From the NCBI GenBank assembly GCA_000934665.2, contig JYFJ02001206.1, forward strand, positions 1-64,000: a DNA stretch of 64,000 bases, read 5' to 3'. The notes below the pieces were generated by a model. It had not been told where the DNA came from. It saw only the letters and a list, made by a program, of their open reading frames with translations, and did no database searches. This document shows positions 1 to 11,521 of the stretch, piece after piece. Both the position numbers and the translations under genes were made by a program. The DNA comes from Catajapyx aquilonaris. Its lineage: Eukaryota. Position 1 is the stretch's first letter; every line of letters starts with the position of its first letter.

Positions 1-135
1 AAAATTTGCAACATATTTAATGAATTATATTAATATATTCATTTTTATATTATTTTCATAACCTATACATGGCCAATGTTGGATTATTGATTATTATTGA
101 TATATTGAACATCGATAATTTAAACATTTGCAGAT

Positions 136-137
<2 letters not shown>

Positions 138-170
<33 letters not shown>

Positions 171-447
171 TCATACCCCGTTATCAGCCGGCGGCTCTTT
201 AGGGAGGATATTTTTGTTTTGTTTTGACTGGAACTCTTCGTTTCGTTTTTACTGCGCTTTTTGGGATATAATAGGAAAGGAAGGAGGCGGCTGTGGCCTA
301 TTAGTTTAAGCAACAACTCCGGAATTCTCCTGGAGGAACCGTGGGAAACCACAGAAAACCACGGTTAGAGTTGCCGGCACCGGGATTCGAACCCGGGACC
401 TCCCGATTAGCAGTCGGATACCATATCCCCTCCGCCACCACACTGCT
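138..447 (-). mobile_element. tRNA-derived SINE with (ATT)n tail
   Basis: Minus strand has an A-box TGGCGGAGGGG, a stem-loop CCGA-CTGCTAA-TCGG and a B-box GGTTCGAATCC (about 369-447). These run into a non-tRNA body (GGTTTTCTGTGGTTTCCC...AGGCCACAGCCGCCTCCTTCC) resembling invertebrate SINE cores, which ends in an (ATT)n tail at 138-170. Confidence 0.85.
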
Positions 448-3400
448 TCGGTACATTTGAAAATTTATTGATTGGTTATTTGGCGATTTTATCATTGATA
501 TTTGATATATGGAACATCGATAATAAAGAATTGAAAATTTTTGATATGTTATCTCTCGATTTTATAATCGATTATTATTGACATATCGAACATCGATAAT
601 TAAAATTTTCCGATTTTTGTCTAGACATACCGAACATAATAATAATCGATGATAAAAAATCGACAAATATATGAAAAATCTGCCAATTTGTAATTTCACT
701 AATTACAATTTTTTTAAAAATATAATATAAAATTATATAGTTCATAACCTATAGAGACCTAACGTTTGAGTCAAGTAGGAACCATCTTCTTTTTATCTCG
801 ATACATCCTCATTTCACAACATTCCCGAACAAGATTGGACCACTTGAAGCTACCAGCATTCTCTTGGGATGGAACCGGCTATAAAAACCACCAGACGGTT
901 TGTGACTATTGAAGTTGACAGGTTGACAATTTGAAGGCGCCGCTCGTAGACTCTAGGAAAAAAAAAAACCATTTCCTTGAAGCTGGAGATAAACTTTTGG
1001 ATTCACTCTCGTTCCGGGCCTCCAGATGGAAAAGAGGGGCTGGTCTTTTTTGTTCCCTCCATTGGGGGAGGGGGGGGGGGTGGAAAACGGAAGTCAGTCA
1101 ATAACATTAAGTGTGTCTGTTGGTATATAGTAGTTTCCGCTTCTGTCGCCCTTGATGGATAGGCGCTGGAGACGCTCGTAGCCAATCATCAATCACTCAC
1201 AGAATTGCTTACGAACTCGACTGCTTTTCATTGGAGCGTATCTCAAGAAATATTTCTTAGCCAGTTATTTTTGGAATGATTTTTTTTTTTGCAAGAGTGG
1301 GTGTGTTTGAACGGCTGTTTTTTTGCAGCTTGAAATGGCACGGTGTTGAGCTCATTACTGCTAAGTGGCTTTCATCTCCGGAGTGACTGTCTTGTGAGAA
1401 TTTACGATGAATATTTCATGCGATCGCTCGCGACATGCGGTTATATCTAGAAGCATTGAAGTGCTCGCTCGAAAAAAAAATTACAGAGTGAAGTTTGCAC
1501 TCTGAAAATTCGAATCTGGCGAATTATTAAGGCGTCTATTAATTTTTAGACAGATTTCAAGTGTTAGCTAACAGTTTACGTCAATTAACACAGCAAATTG
1601 CAGTGAACGTAAGTTTGGCCAAAATTACTGCGGGGACATTTTGAACTGACCTCCCTTGCGGATACAGCCCTATCTTCAGCGGATACACAGCCCATATCAT
1701 ATGTGGTACAGTACCGTACCCCTTGCCCATTGTCAGTTATTTCAAACTCACTGCTATTTTGAACCCAATTTGATCCCCCCAAAATATCACTATAACCAGT
1801 TTCAAGTTCACCCCTGCTGAGACTACTTACAAAACTGGCCACGCGTCCTTTTCACCCCCATTCCCCAACTCAATTTCTCCCTACAGGGTGACTCAAAACT
1901 ATCCTACCATTGTACAGACTCACCCCAATACAAAATCCCTGTGGTCAGTTCTGACTCACCCTGTACCTCGAATTGCTCATTTGTGTGTCTGGGGACCCCC
2001 TCCCCCCCACCTTTTCTTCACAGACAATCTAAGGCTGCTCATAGAAGCGTGCCAATTGTATAGTAGGGTAGGAGGTGAAGGTATAGGTGTAGGTAGGTGG
2101 AGAGAGAGGGTGAGAGGTGATGTGGGGGGGGGGTGATGGGAGATGGGTGAGGGGGAGGTCTAAAGCGGAGTCGACTATCGATCGTTGTTTTGGGGGAAGC
2201 ACCTGGACCCAGTCGAGGATAAGAGAAGTCTGAACCCATTCGAGGGTGGGATGGGAGAGAGAAAAAAAACTACAGGGTCCAAGAAGTACCAAGTGGGCTC
2301 AAATGGTATTTACCATACTGTAATACTACTACATGGAATCAATAAATATTAGCTATAACTATTGCTTTAATAAAGCTAGGTCAAAATCTTCCTATAGCCA
2401 CAACATGCCTCTCAGCAACCATATATCCTGAAGCATCACGTAACAAATTACACCTCCAAAAGTTGGAAAAGGAAAGTTTTCACTCTTGACTTGCCATTGG
2501 ACATCAAAAGAATCTTGAAACCCCCACCTGTACCATCACCCTATAGAAATCTGGACTCCTAAAAAAATACTATGGCTTCTCTATCAGAACTCCAGCATCT
2601 GTGGTCCCTTCTCTAATCTTCTCCTAGAGCCGAGGCACTACTAAAGCACTGTAAGCGATGAATAATGTAAGAGATTTGATGGACATAAAGCAAGGCCCTT
2701 TCGTCTATGGGTAAAATCCTATTCAGCAAGCCCACGAAATCTCAATCAGAAGTCAATATGCTGGAGGGACATCTCATTCAATGCAGATAGGAATCGGACC
2801 ACAGAAATTGGACTCAGCATTGTAACATGGTGTAATCAAGTTTTAGTGGGACAAAGGATGTAATTATGTCTGCGGTGTTATAAATTTTGAGAGTTGGGTT
2901 TCTCCGCAGACTGTACAGAGGATTGATGGGATGGCCACCATGGGGTGATCATGTGACAAAATGGCTCGCGGACTTTAGACAAATGGGACACACCACAGGT
3001 GGTAGCTGTTGACGCATTATTGTGACACTCACCACCTAACCTAACCTAACCAACCCTAACCTACATAAGAAGTTAGGATTTTGAAACTCAGATTTTAATA
3101 AGGATTAAACACCATCCATAACTCTACTAAAAAGTAATGAATAACATCACGAAATTCATTTTCATTTCTGGTTCAACACTCCACAAAACTTGCTTATGAC
3201 AAATGGCCCTCTCTGACTTCTAATGCTCAACTCTCGTGCAGTGTTCATTCTTTTTCCTCCTCTACAAATGAAACCTCCAACTTATCAAAACTACAGCAGA
3301 GTGATGTATAGAACCCAGAGTCATGTAGCCTATAGAAAAGGGGGCTCGAACAAGTGAAAAAAGGAAATGACATAGGAACTCCCTTGCTGGGTATTGTGTC

Positions 3401-3624
3401 TGGCACAATGCAATGGCCAGGAAGTTCGGGAAGATGAGTCCCTATTACGGAAACCAGATCATTACACCAACTCTCTTTTGAAGAGTAGGATCGGTAAGAT
3501 GAGAAAGGATCAAGTCAGGACCGGCTTGATCAGAAAATGATTCCGAAAAGAAAAAAGTCGTGCCCAATTTTTCAGAAAGACGATCCGTGTGTTTTCAGTC
3601 TGGATTTACTGAGTTGGGAAGACT

Positions 3625-3826
3625 TCAAACAAAAAGGGTTTTGGATAGGACCGTCGAACATCTTGTAGGCGAATTTAGCTATAAAATGGTAGAATGGTAG
3701 ACCATTTTATAGCTAAATTCGCCCACAAGATGGTCGACCTATCCAAATCCCTTTTTGGTTCGACCATTTGCAAACGACCTGAATGATAAGCTAATTATTA
3801 GCTTATCGCTCAAGTCGTTTGCAAAT
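3625..3826. repeat. Two adjacent inverted repeats (MITE/foldback remnants)
   Basis: AAAAAGGGTTTTGGATAGG...GGCGAATTTAGCTATAAAATGGT is mirrored by ACCATTTTATAGCTAAATTCGCC...CCTATCCAAATCCCTTTTT. It is followed by a second hairpin ATTTGCAAACGAC...GATAAGCTAA-T-TA-TTAGCTTATC...GTCGTTTGCAAAT. Confidence 0.8.
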
Positions 3827-4492
3827 CGTTTGTTTCACGCACATTTTGCATTTGCCCTCAATAATATTGACCCAAGTGTTAAATTCCCCTGCTGATGTCA
3901 GATGAAAAAATGTTCCAACAACACTACACCCATCTCTGAAAGTCGAAACTCTGGAAATTTGACACCTGACTCAACCCTGCTTTTCCAGCCCCCGACTGAA
4001 ACTTCAATTAAGCCATAATTTGCGGGCAAGGCGACGCCGCCGACGCTCAAGATTCATCGCATGAATTAATAATCATCACACTTTGCTCTCTTTTTTTTAA
4101 CTATATGAATAGTGTTTCCATGTCTACCCATAATATAAAGGTGTGCGAAGACTGGCAAGTGGCGGTTCCATGCTTGTGATTAATTACAAGGGACTACAAG
4201 GCGTTAGTCGTGCAATCCAATTTGTTCCCTACGAGTCTAGAGGGACTGGATTATTGGGAAATTGCGTGTCGGATTTTCTGTCCTATATATGTTTTTTTTT
4301 TTTTGCAAGAGTTTGCAGGTGTTTGTTCTCTCTCCTTGGCGTGGTAATTGCGATGTCGTTGTCAATCATGGGTTTGGACTTCTTCAAGGCGATAACATGG
4401 TGTATGTAGAAAGTAGGTTCAAAATGCAGTTTGCCCAAGTACGAAGAAAGAATGACAAAAAATATTCAAAATAATATACAGAGCGTTATTCA

Positions 4493-4730
4493 AAAACTGC
4501 TGCATGACCGTTACAAAACGGTTACATGTAACGGTTTTGTAACGGTCATGCTGCATAAAAAATAAGGGGACAAACAACCGGCTAAGTATACTGTTGTATG
4601 ACCGTTACAAAACCGTTACATGTAACGGTTTTGTAACGGTCATACAACAGTTTTCATATAAAACACAACCTTTCCTTTTTGCGGTGTCTACGCTATACTT
4701 ATCCGGTTTGTTTGTCTCCTTATTTTTTAT
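4493..4730. repeat. Duplicated ~60-bp palindrome interleaved with a 36-bp inverted repeat
   Basis: CTGTTGTATGACCGTTACAAAACCGTTACA|TGTAACGGTTTTGTAACGGTCATACAACAG (4591-4650) is a perfect palindrome, with a near-copy at 4502-4551. 4555-4590 and 4694-4730 are inverted copies of each other. Confidence 0.85.
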
Positions 4731-5497
4731 TTACGAAAGCATTACCGCGGCCTGGTATTACGACGCCGGTTTGTGCCAGGCAATCCCCGCAAAATGAAAA
4801 AGAAATGCGTCTCTGTAAGTAAAGGAAGAGAAAAAAAGCTCTCCTGGAAACTGCAGATAAGCAGTCGTCTGTTCCCACGTATCCAACCGTAAAATAATGC
4901 TCATCTGTCGGAAACCTTACCGAAAAATTGATTTCAGGGCGGGTGATCCAGACTTTGAAATATGTGAACCATAAACCGAACCGATTCAATGTGATCTGAA
5001 TCTCAAATTCCATTTTTTTAAAAAATCTATTTATGATCAGAATTTCACTCTTTAAGATTTGGGTTGTATCTGTATAATTCCAGCACAACCTGTCTAAACT
5101 GTAGAGAGTATTGAATAACAACGATTCGAAGCCAGGAACCAGTGTCATGCGCAAGAGCCCCATCATACTTTACCCCCAGAACAGTCATGCACTGAAAACA
5201 GACTCGCTCAGTGCTCGCTCGGTGCATGCATCGGGTCAAAGGGAAGCTTCCCAACTGCATGTAACTCATTTGTGAAGCCTTAATTGCACTAGTTCAGAGG
5301 GTGTTGTGACATCAGATCTCCTTTGCAAACCGAGAGAATTCACAAGACGAAAGTGGTGATTAATCTTGTACGTCCAACTTGATACTGCTGGCCACTATTG
5401 TATATACAAACAGCTTCTAGATGGACTGTATGTTGTTTGTGTTTATCAGTTTGTTTTTATTTTTGTGGGTGTTAGTTGGATTCTGTTCGTTTTCTGA

Positions 5498-5615
5498 TCG
5501 TTTGTTCTTAGCCGTTATTTCGTCGTTTGTTCTTAACCGTCATTTCGTCGTTTGTTCTTAACCGCCATTTCGTCGTTTGTTCTTAACAGTTAGGCCTATT
5601 TCGTCGTTTGTTCTT
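5498..5615. repeat. Minisatellite, ~25-bp unit TTTCGTCGTTTGTTCTTAACCGTCA, about 5 copies
   Basis: Directly visible tandem repeat upstream of the splice acceptor at 5649. Confidence 0.8.
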
Positions 5616-5773
5616 TCTTTTCTCATCGCTTGTTCGTGATCTTTCCAGATTTGGTTTCAAAAGCATGGCGTAGTGTGGAAGAAGGACACCTGGACCATTA
5701 GGAAGTAGCATCAGCTGGGATTGAAGTCGCAGGAAGAAGCTGCGGGTAGGCGCAGCTTATTCCAGTGGTGATC

Positions 5774-8700
5774 ATGTGGCTTGGAAGCAGGCCAGGGTCC
5801 AGGAGGGACCATCAAGCTCTGCTGGTGGGGCTTATGGTGGTCCTCACCTGTGCTGCGGTCAGTAAGAAGACAAACAACAGGTACTGAGCAGACCATTAAT
5901 GATTGATGATGTGTATCCAACAGGTGGGTCGGTCGACATGTCCAGTCTCGACGGAGATCTACCCTTGTGTGTGCAGCGTTAAGAGCAAGGGCTTGGATGT
6001 GATCTGCGAGAACACGGATGGAGAACATGTCAAGAAGGCAATGACGGTGTTTAAGGCCAAGCCGGTTGTCATCTTCTACCTCAAGGTCAGGCAGAACAAC
6101 ATGCCCAAGTTGCAGGATTACATCTTCCTCGGGATGGACATCCGGCACCTGATCATCATCAACAGGTCAGTGTACCCAGGTAGCACACTTCGTCGGCCCG
6201 ACGGCGGCAAATGACACCGGGCCAATGTAAAACGGTTAACTTTTTTTGTTACATCGGGCCGATGTTGGGCCGATGTTGGCATACAGTGCTGACCCGATCT
6301 ACCTTATACCCTATATTTATAATATGAAACCTGACGTCATATTTTCTGTTCTGCGGTTTATAACCTATTTATTGAGCACTTTTCTGCATCCCAGTAACCT
6401 GGCCGTGATCGAAGAAGCAGCTCTGAGTCCTCTAGGAACCCGTATGGAAAATTTGGAGTTGTCTTCGAACAAGTTGAGCACCATTCCGTCTTCGGCTCTT
6501 CACAAACTCCACGAGCTGACTTCCCTGAATCTGAACCATAACAAGATCAAGGTATTGCATGACAGGGCCTTCGATGGTCTGGCCAAGTTGGAGAGACTCA
6601 CTCTCTACGGGAATATGATAAGCAAGGTAGAAAACGGCTCGTTCATCGGCCTAGAAAGGTCAGTCTAAACAGATAAGTGGGCAATATTTTCCTGACAAAA
6701 TTTGACATGGTAATGACGGACATAAATTTTTTGAACGGCAGGGAACTGATTCGGCTGAATCTAGGCAGCAACCAGCTGTCGTCCATCCCGACCGTGGCGC
6801 TGTCCAGGCTGTCCAATCTGGATAAGTTGGAAATGCAGGAGAATCAGATTACCAACATTGAGGCTGGTCACTTCATAGGTACGTGTACTATTCATATCAA
6901 AAAGTAACAGGCAGTTATCCGATAAACGACCAGCGACGCCATATTGTCTTCCTTTCAGGGATGACCGTTAACGGTTAACAATATGGCGTCGCAGCGGTCT
7001 GCCGCTTCGCACTTTTATGACATAATTTCTTGGTTTTGGGGCTGAATTTACTATCAGAATTATTTTTGAGAACGTCTGAGAGGTCTGCAGAGGAGCATCA
7101 TATGCTATTTTCCTTAAATAGCTACAGCAATAGTGATTGGGCGTTAATATGTCCGCACTGGAGTCGGACATATCGTAACACGAACATTCCTACAGGTTTA
7201 CCCAAATTGGACACCTTGAACCTGATGCACAACAAGCTGTCCAGATTGAACGGCGGAGCCTTCAAGGATCTGACCAAGCTGAACTCCTTGGATCTGGAGT
7301 ACAACAACATTGTGCACTTTGACGACGACGCTTTCGAAGGGCTGGAAGGTATGGTGTGGCGACAATTCCACATGCCATGCAAAGAATTAGATGTCTAAAT
7401 TACATGCCTATTTTTGTTGCCTTTCTGCAGCGCAGCTGGAGTGGCTCAAGCTGGGTAACAACAACATCCAAGTGATCCCTTCAGCCGCGCTCCGTCGTCT
7501 GAACCGCCTTCGTCAACTGGATCTCCGTTCCAACAACATATCCCACATCGAGGAAGACGCCTTCCAAGGATACGGAGACACCATCAAGTTTCTCTACCTG
7601 CAGAAGAACAAGTGAGTCCAGCTGACTATTGTCCTACAGGTGGTCGACACTTATAACCTTACAATCCGCGCAGGATCAAGACCATACCCACGATGGCCCT
7701 GGCTGACCTGCACTCTCTGGAGTGGCTGTATCTGTCCACCAACAACATCAACCACTTGACACATGAAGTGATGGAACCAGTGTTGGACAGCCTTCAAGTC
7801 ATCGATTTGCACGGTTGGTTGCTCATCCCACCCTCATGCCATTTGAAGATATGAATTGTAGAAATGATCCAAGTCCGTTAAGTTATTCTAGAAAAAATAT
7901 TTGAAGAAAAATGACTGATCTTTCTGAAAATAAAGCATGATTTCATCAAGATATGATGTGATGGACATGATAATGGCTAAAGAAAGGATTTTTAAGGTTC
8001 TAAAAACCCTCCTAAAAGGTAGGCATTTAGGTCCTAAAATAGTCAATATAGGCTCTTAAATAGGCAGTAAAAATCATTTATTTACATTCCTATGCAATAT
8101 TATAGCCTCCGCATGTCCATGGAATTTTGTATAGGACATTAACAACTTAGCAGAACTGCGCCATATTTCGCATAAGTTATTTTCGTTGGTTAGTCGGCGT
8201 ACTCTGAAAATAACCTTTCGACGTCACACGAAGCAACCTGATCATACGTGAAAAGTGAAATATCTTTTACCATCCCGCATGCATACAGCTTCTTCGCCCT
8301 TTTGAAGGTGGAAGTGGGAGGGATGCCTTGAATGAGAAACCCTCAAAAACGCTCAAAAATATTACAGAATAGCATCAAAAAGGTGGGTAGATGCTAATAG
8401 GCCATTTAGGTTTTAACGCCCGAAATAGCCAATTTCAGGTTCTATAAAACTACAATTTTTGAGGTCCTTGTGTTATGAAACGGATAAATATTTCGGTTCC
8501 CGTGATCTGCCTACAGAATAAAAAGTACTCGAGGTAAAACCTAGAAATCCTTTCTCCAATAATGACGATGTTTCTCACTATTGAACTGCCAGTATTAATT
8601 TCCATCCTATCGAAGACTAATGCACATGCCTATTCAATTATGGACCGTGACAAGTTTATTGCCCGGTGAAACGATTACAATATCAATAATATTGGTCGCT

Positions 8701-9348
8701 GTCATAAAGCAAATGCAAACAAATTAACCAATCATGATTTGATTCTCTGGTCATACAACAATATCAATATTATTAACTGGTATGGGAGAGGCCTAATGTG
8801 GGGTCAGTGCTGGACATTAATTTCGTCGTACTCCTTGAGACATTTTCCGAGGTGGCAAAGGAGCAAATGAAAGTGATGGAGTGCGAGCCGTACGAGTAAG
8901 AAATGGTAGGCCCTGAGTGACGTCACTGGCTGGGCCCAGCCAGTGACGTCACCCAGGGCCTACCATTTCTTACTCGCACGGCTCGCACTCTATCACTTCA
9001 ATTCGTTCTTCTGCCGCATGTCGCTAGCAGTATGACGCGATTAATGTCCACTTTTGACCCCCCGTCTTTTGATACCCAGACAACCCTCTTGTGTGCGACT
9101 GTGAGCTCCGCTGGTACAAGGAGTGGCTGGAGGCAAAGCAGGAAAACGAGGAGGACCGTCCCCTGCTGAAGGACACCCAATGTACCTTCCCTGCCGACAG
9201 ACACGACTACCCTCTCCGGAACATGCCTCTGGAGAAGATGTACTGCGTCTCTCACCGCGGGGGCATGGGGGTCGGACGAGGGTCACCATTGGGGTCATCC
9301 GACCTCTCGTTGCTGGTCACCATCGTGACCGCCACATTGTTGCGTTAA
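5774..9348 (+). CDS. Extracellular leucine-rich-repeat protein (signal peptide, LRRNT, about 12 LRRs, LRRCT, hydrophobic C-terminus/possible GPI signal); resembles the Drosophila CG14762 family from memory
   Basis: Predicted exons 5774-5857, 5924-6165, 6395-6658, 6742-6878, 7196-7348, 7431-7611, 7674-7813 and 9080-9348 splice in frame with GT-AG. LRRNT CPVSTEIYPCVC, repeated LxxLxLxxNxL, LRRCT NPLVCDCELRWY, C-terminal LSLLVTIVTATLLR. Confidence 0.9.
7981..8555. mobile_element. Non-autonomous TIR element in an intron
   Basis: Left end AGAAAGGATTTTTAAGGTT and right end AACCTAGAAATCCTTTCT are imperfect inverted repeats. Internal AAATAGGC/AGGCATTTAGG motifs repeat. It makes this intron much longer than the others in the gene. 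Confidence 0.55.
8871..8998. repeat. 128-bp near-perfect palindrome (64-bp arms, 3 mismatches, no spacer)
   Basis: AAGTGATGGAGTGCGAGCC...CACTGGCTGGG|CCCAGCCAGTG...GGCTCGCACTCTATCACTT. Confidence 0.95.
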
Positions 9349-11521
9349 AAGAAAGTTGACCTCCTCTCCATCCGGTTACACAAGGTCCGACGAGGAAGAC
9401 CTTGCTGCATTCCGTTTTCTGTTCGTTTGTTTGTCCCCATCGCGTACCACGTCAGAGCAGAAGAAGACTCGTCAACAGGTTACTACCGTGTGTCTCATAA
9501 TTAAGCCCACATCCATATCAGTGGAATACGGACACGAGCTTAATTTTGAAACACACGATAGTTGGAGATAGTTTCTTCCTGGCTTTTCTCTCCAGGCAAG
9601 AAGTATAGATAAGAGACTTATGAGACAAGGGGTGACAAGAAGACTTCCTTCTTGTGCTGTGACGTCAGAAGGTGCTGAGGAAATGCAGAAACTAATTTTT
9701 TTTCGAAAGGAGGGGCACATTTTCTGTAGCCTGAGGTAGGCTATTAATTTACAAAGTTTTCATCGAGAGTACTCTCGACTTATCATCAAAATGTCGAGAT
9801 TAATTACTAAGATAGATGGAGTTGACTATGTAACATTATTTCCCCAAGAAGTTCAAAGAGAAATACTCAATATTGAGCTGATGAGTTAATGAGAGGGGAT
9901 TAAAAAATAAAAATAAATAAATAAAATAATAACAACAAACGTTACTTTTTCACCAAGAAACGCGCCTGAAGAGTCGAAGTAAAATAATATTTTTCATCTG
10001 CATATCATAAAAATCCGTTCCCCTTTTTCTGCGAGTTTCATCATATCACTTGTGAAAGGCTGATTAGGTTTTATCTATTGTCTGTATCCAGAGATGTTTA
10101 TAAACAATAGACACCTGCATATAAAAAAGTATAACGAAAAAAATATATATCTAGGGAAATAAATAAAAAAAACGCGCGTAACACTTCACCGGTATGATTT
10201 TCTAAAAAACGGAGCAATCATTTACACACCACACGTGTGATATTTTGTCATCGTTCGCTATGCAATCTAATCCATGTTAACTGCATCGTCATAAAAATAG
10301 AACCTGTGATTATTGGCACTTTGTTCACGGTATATTACACTATTCCATCTGACAAATTTCAAATCAAGAAACAGTGTGTTACGTCAATTTTAGTGTGAAG
10401 AATTTCCATGTTAAACATTCCCCCTTCCCCACTACCCCCAACTATCCGTTTGTGAAACTATTTTAAATGTGATTTTCTAACCTTTTTAAAAAGGTGGAGG
10501 CATACATCGCAGGCCTCTCCCTTGCATGTCGTTAGAATGCAATATTTTTCTACAGAAGAAACTAAATATCAGGTCGTTATCTAGGGTGCAAGGGAGAGGC
10601 TTCCGCTTTTAATATGACCACTTATTACCAAGTTAAAAACGTAGGTGTCAAATCTGGATCAATCGTGTGTGTACATGTAGCCTATATCGCTTTATCAGTC
10701 TGGAGAATAAAATAAGTAAAAAAAAAAGATTACAACAAAAGTGATGGTTATGGATTAATCATTGTAGCTGTCCTTGTCACTGTGAAGAATAAAAATGTGT
10801 TGGAAAAGTATGATTGTACATCATTATTAATGTGAAACTAGGAAAACGCTCGCTCTTTTCTAGGCCTACGGCCTGGGGTACCTATTCGGCGCACTATATC
10901 GCCGGGGGAATGGACAGTTTCCCCGGCAACCCAACAGGAGTTGTTTACACCCCCATTGCGCATGAGTAGAACGCGGGCCAATGGGGAGGTGGAGGTAACA
11001 ATATCCGGCGGACCAATCAGAGGGCTCGGCCAACTCCCGGGATTTTAATATTATAGATGTTAAAAATATTTTAATTAGCAAATGAGCACATCTGGGTTAA
11101 TATACAGCAGGGTGTGGTCAGGGTAACCTTCATACATACAGTGTAACGTAATCAGGTGTCACTTGAATTTCATCTTTTGAACACTTTCTAATGGAACAAT
11201 CATGTATCCCTCATTAGTATTATCGTAGGATTACGCAAGAAAGAAGCTATTGCTATGCAAACAAACTGTCGGTACAATATCCCAGGGAACTATCTCTCCA
11301 AGTGACATCTGCCATCGGGAGGTTTTCCTTTGATGCAACAAAAATACAATTGACAGGAAAGATAACACACTTGTGTCCGCGGCATTGAAAATGGGATGTG
11401 ACGACACCTTATATAAGCAGGTGCTTCAAAATGACATCCTGTAGTAAGAAGTCAGGTGTCCAGGGTATGGGGAAGGTCGGGCTTTGGACACTGTCCGTGA
11501 CATTTGACCCGGGGCACGGCC

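Noticed and set aside
369..447. tRNA-Ser(GCT) gene (also 32351-32430)
   Set aside because: No long variable arm, poor acceptor stem, and it continues into a SINE body with an (ATT)n tail.
1500..3600. Possible decayed transposon coding sequence and TIR fragments (TACAGGGTG, CCTAACCTAAC)
   Set aside because: No convincing ORF, domain motif or paired ends by eye; left unannotated.
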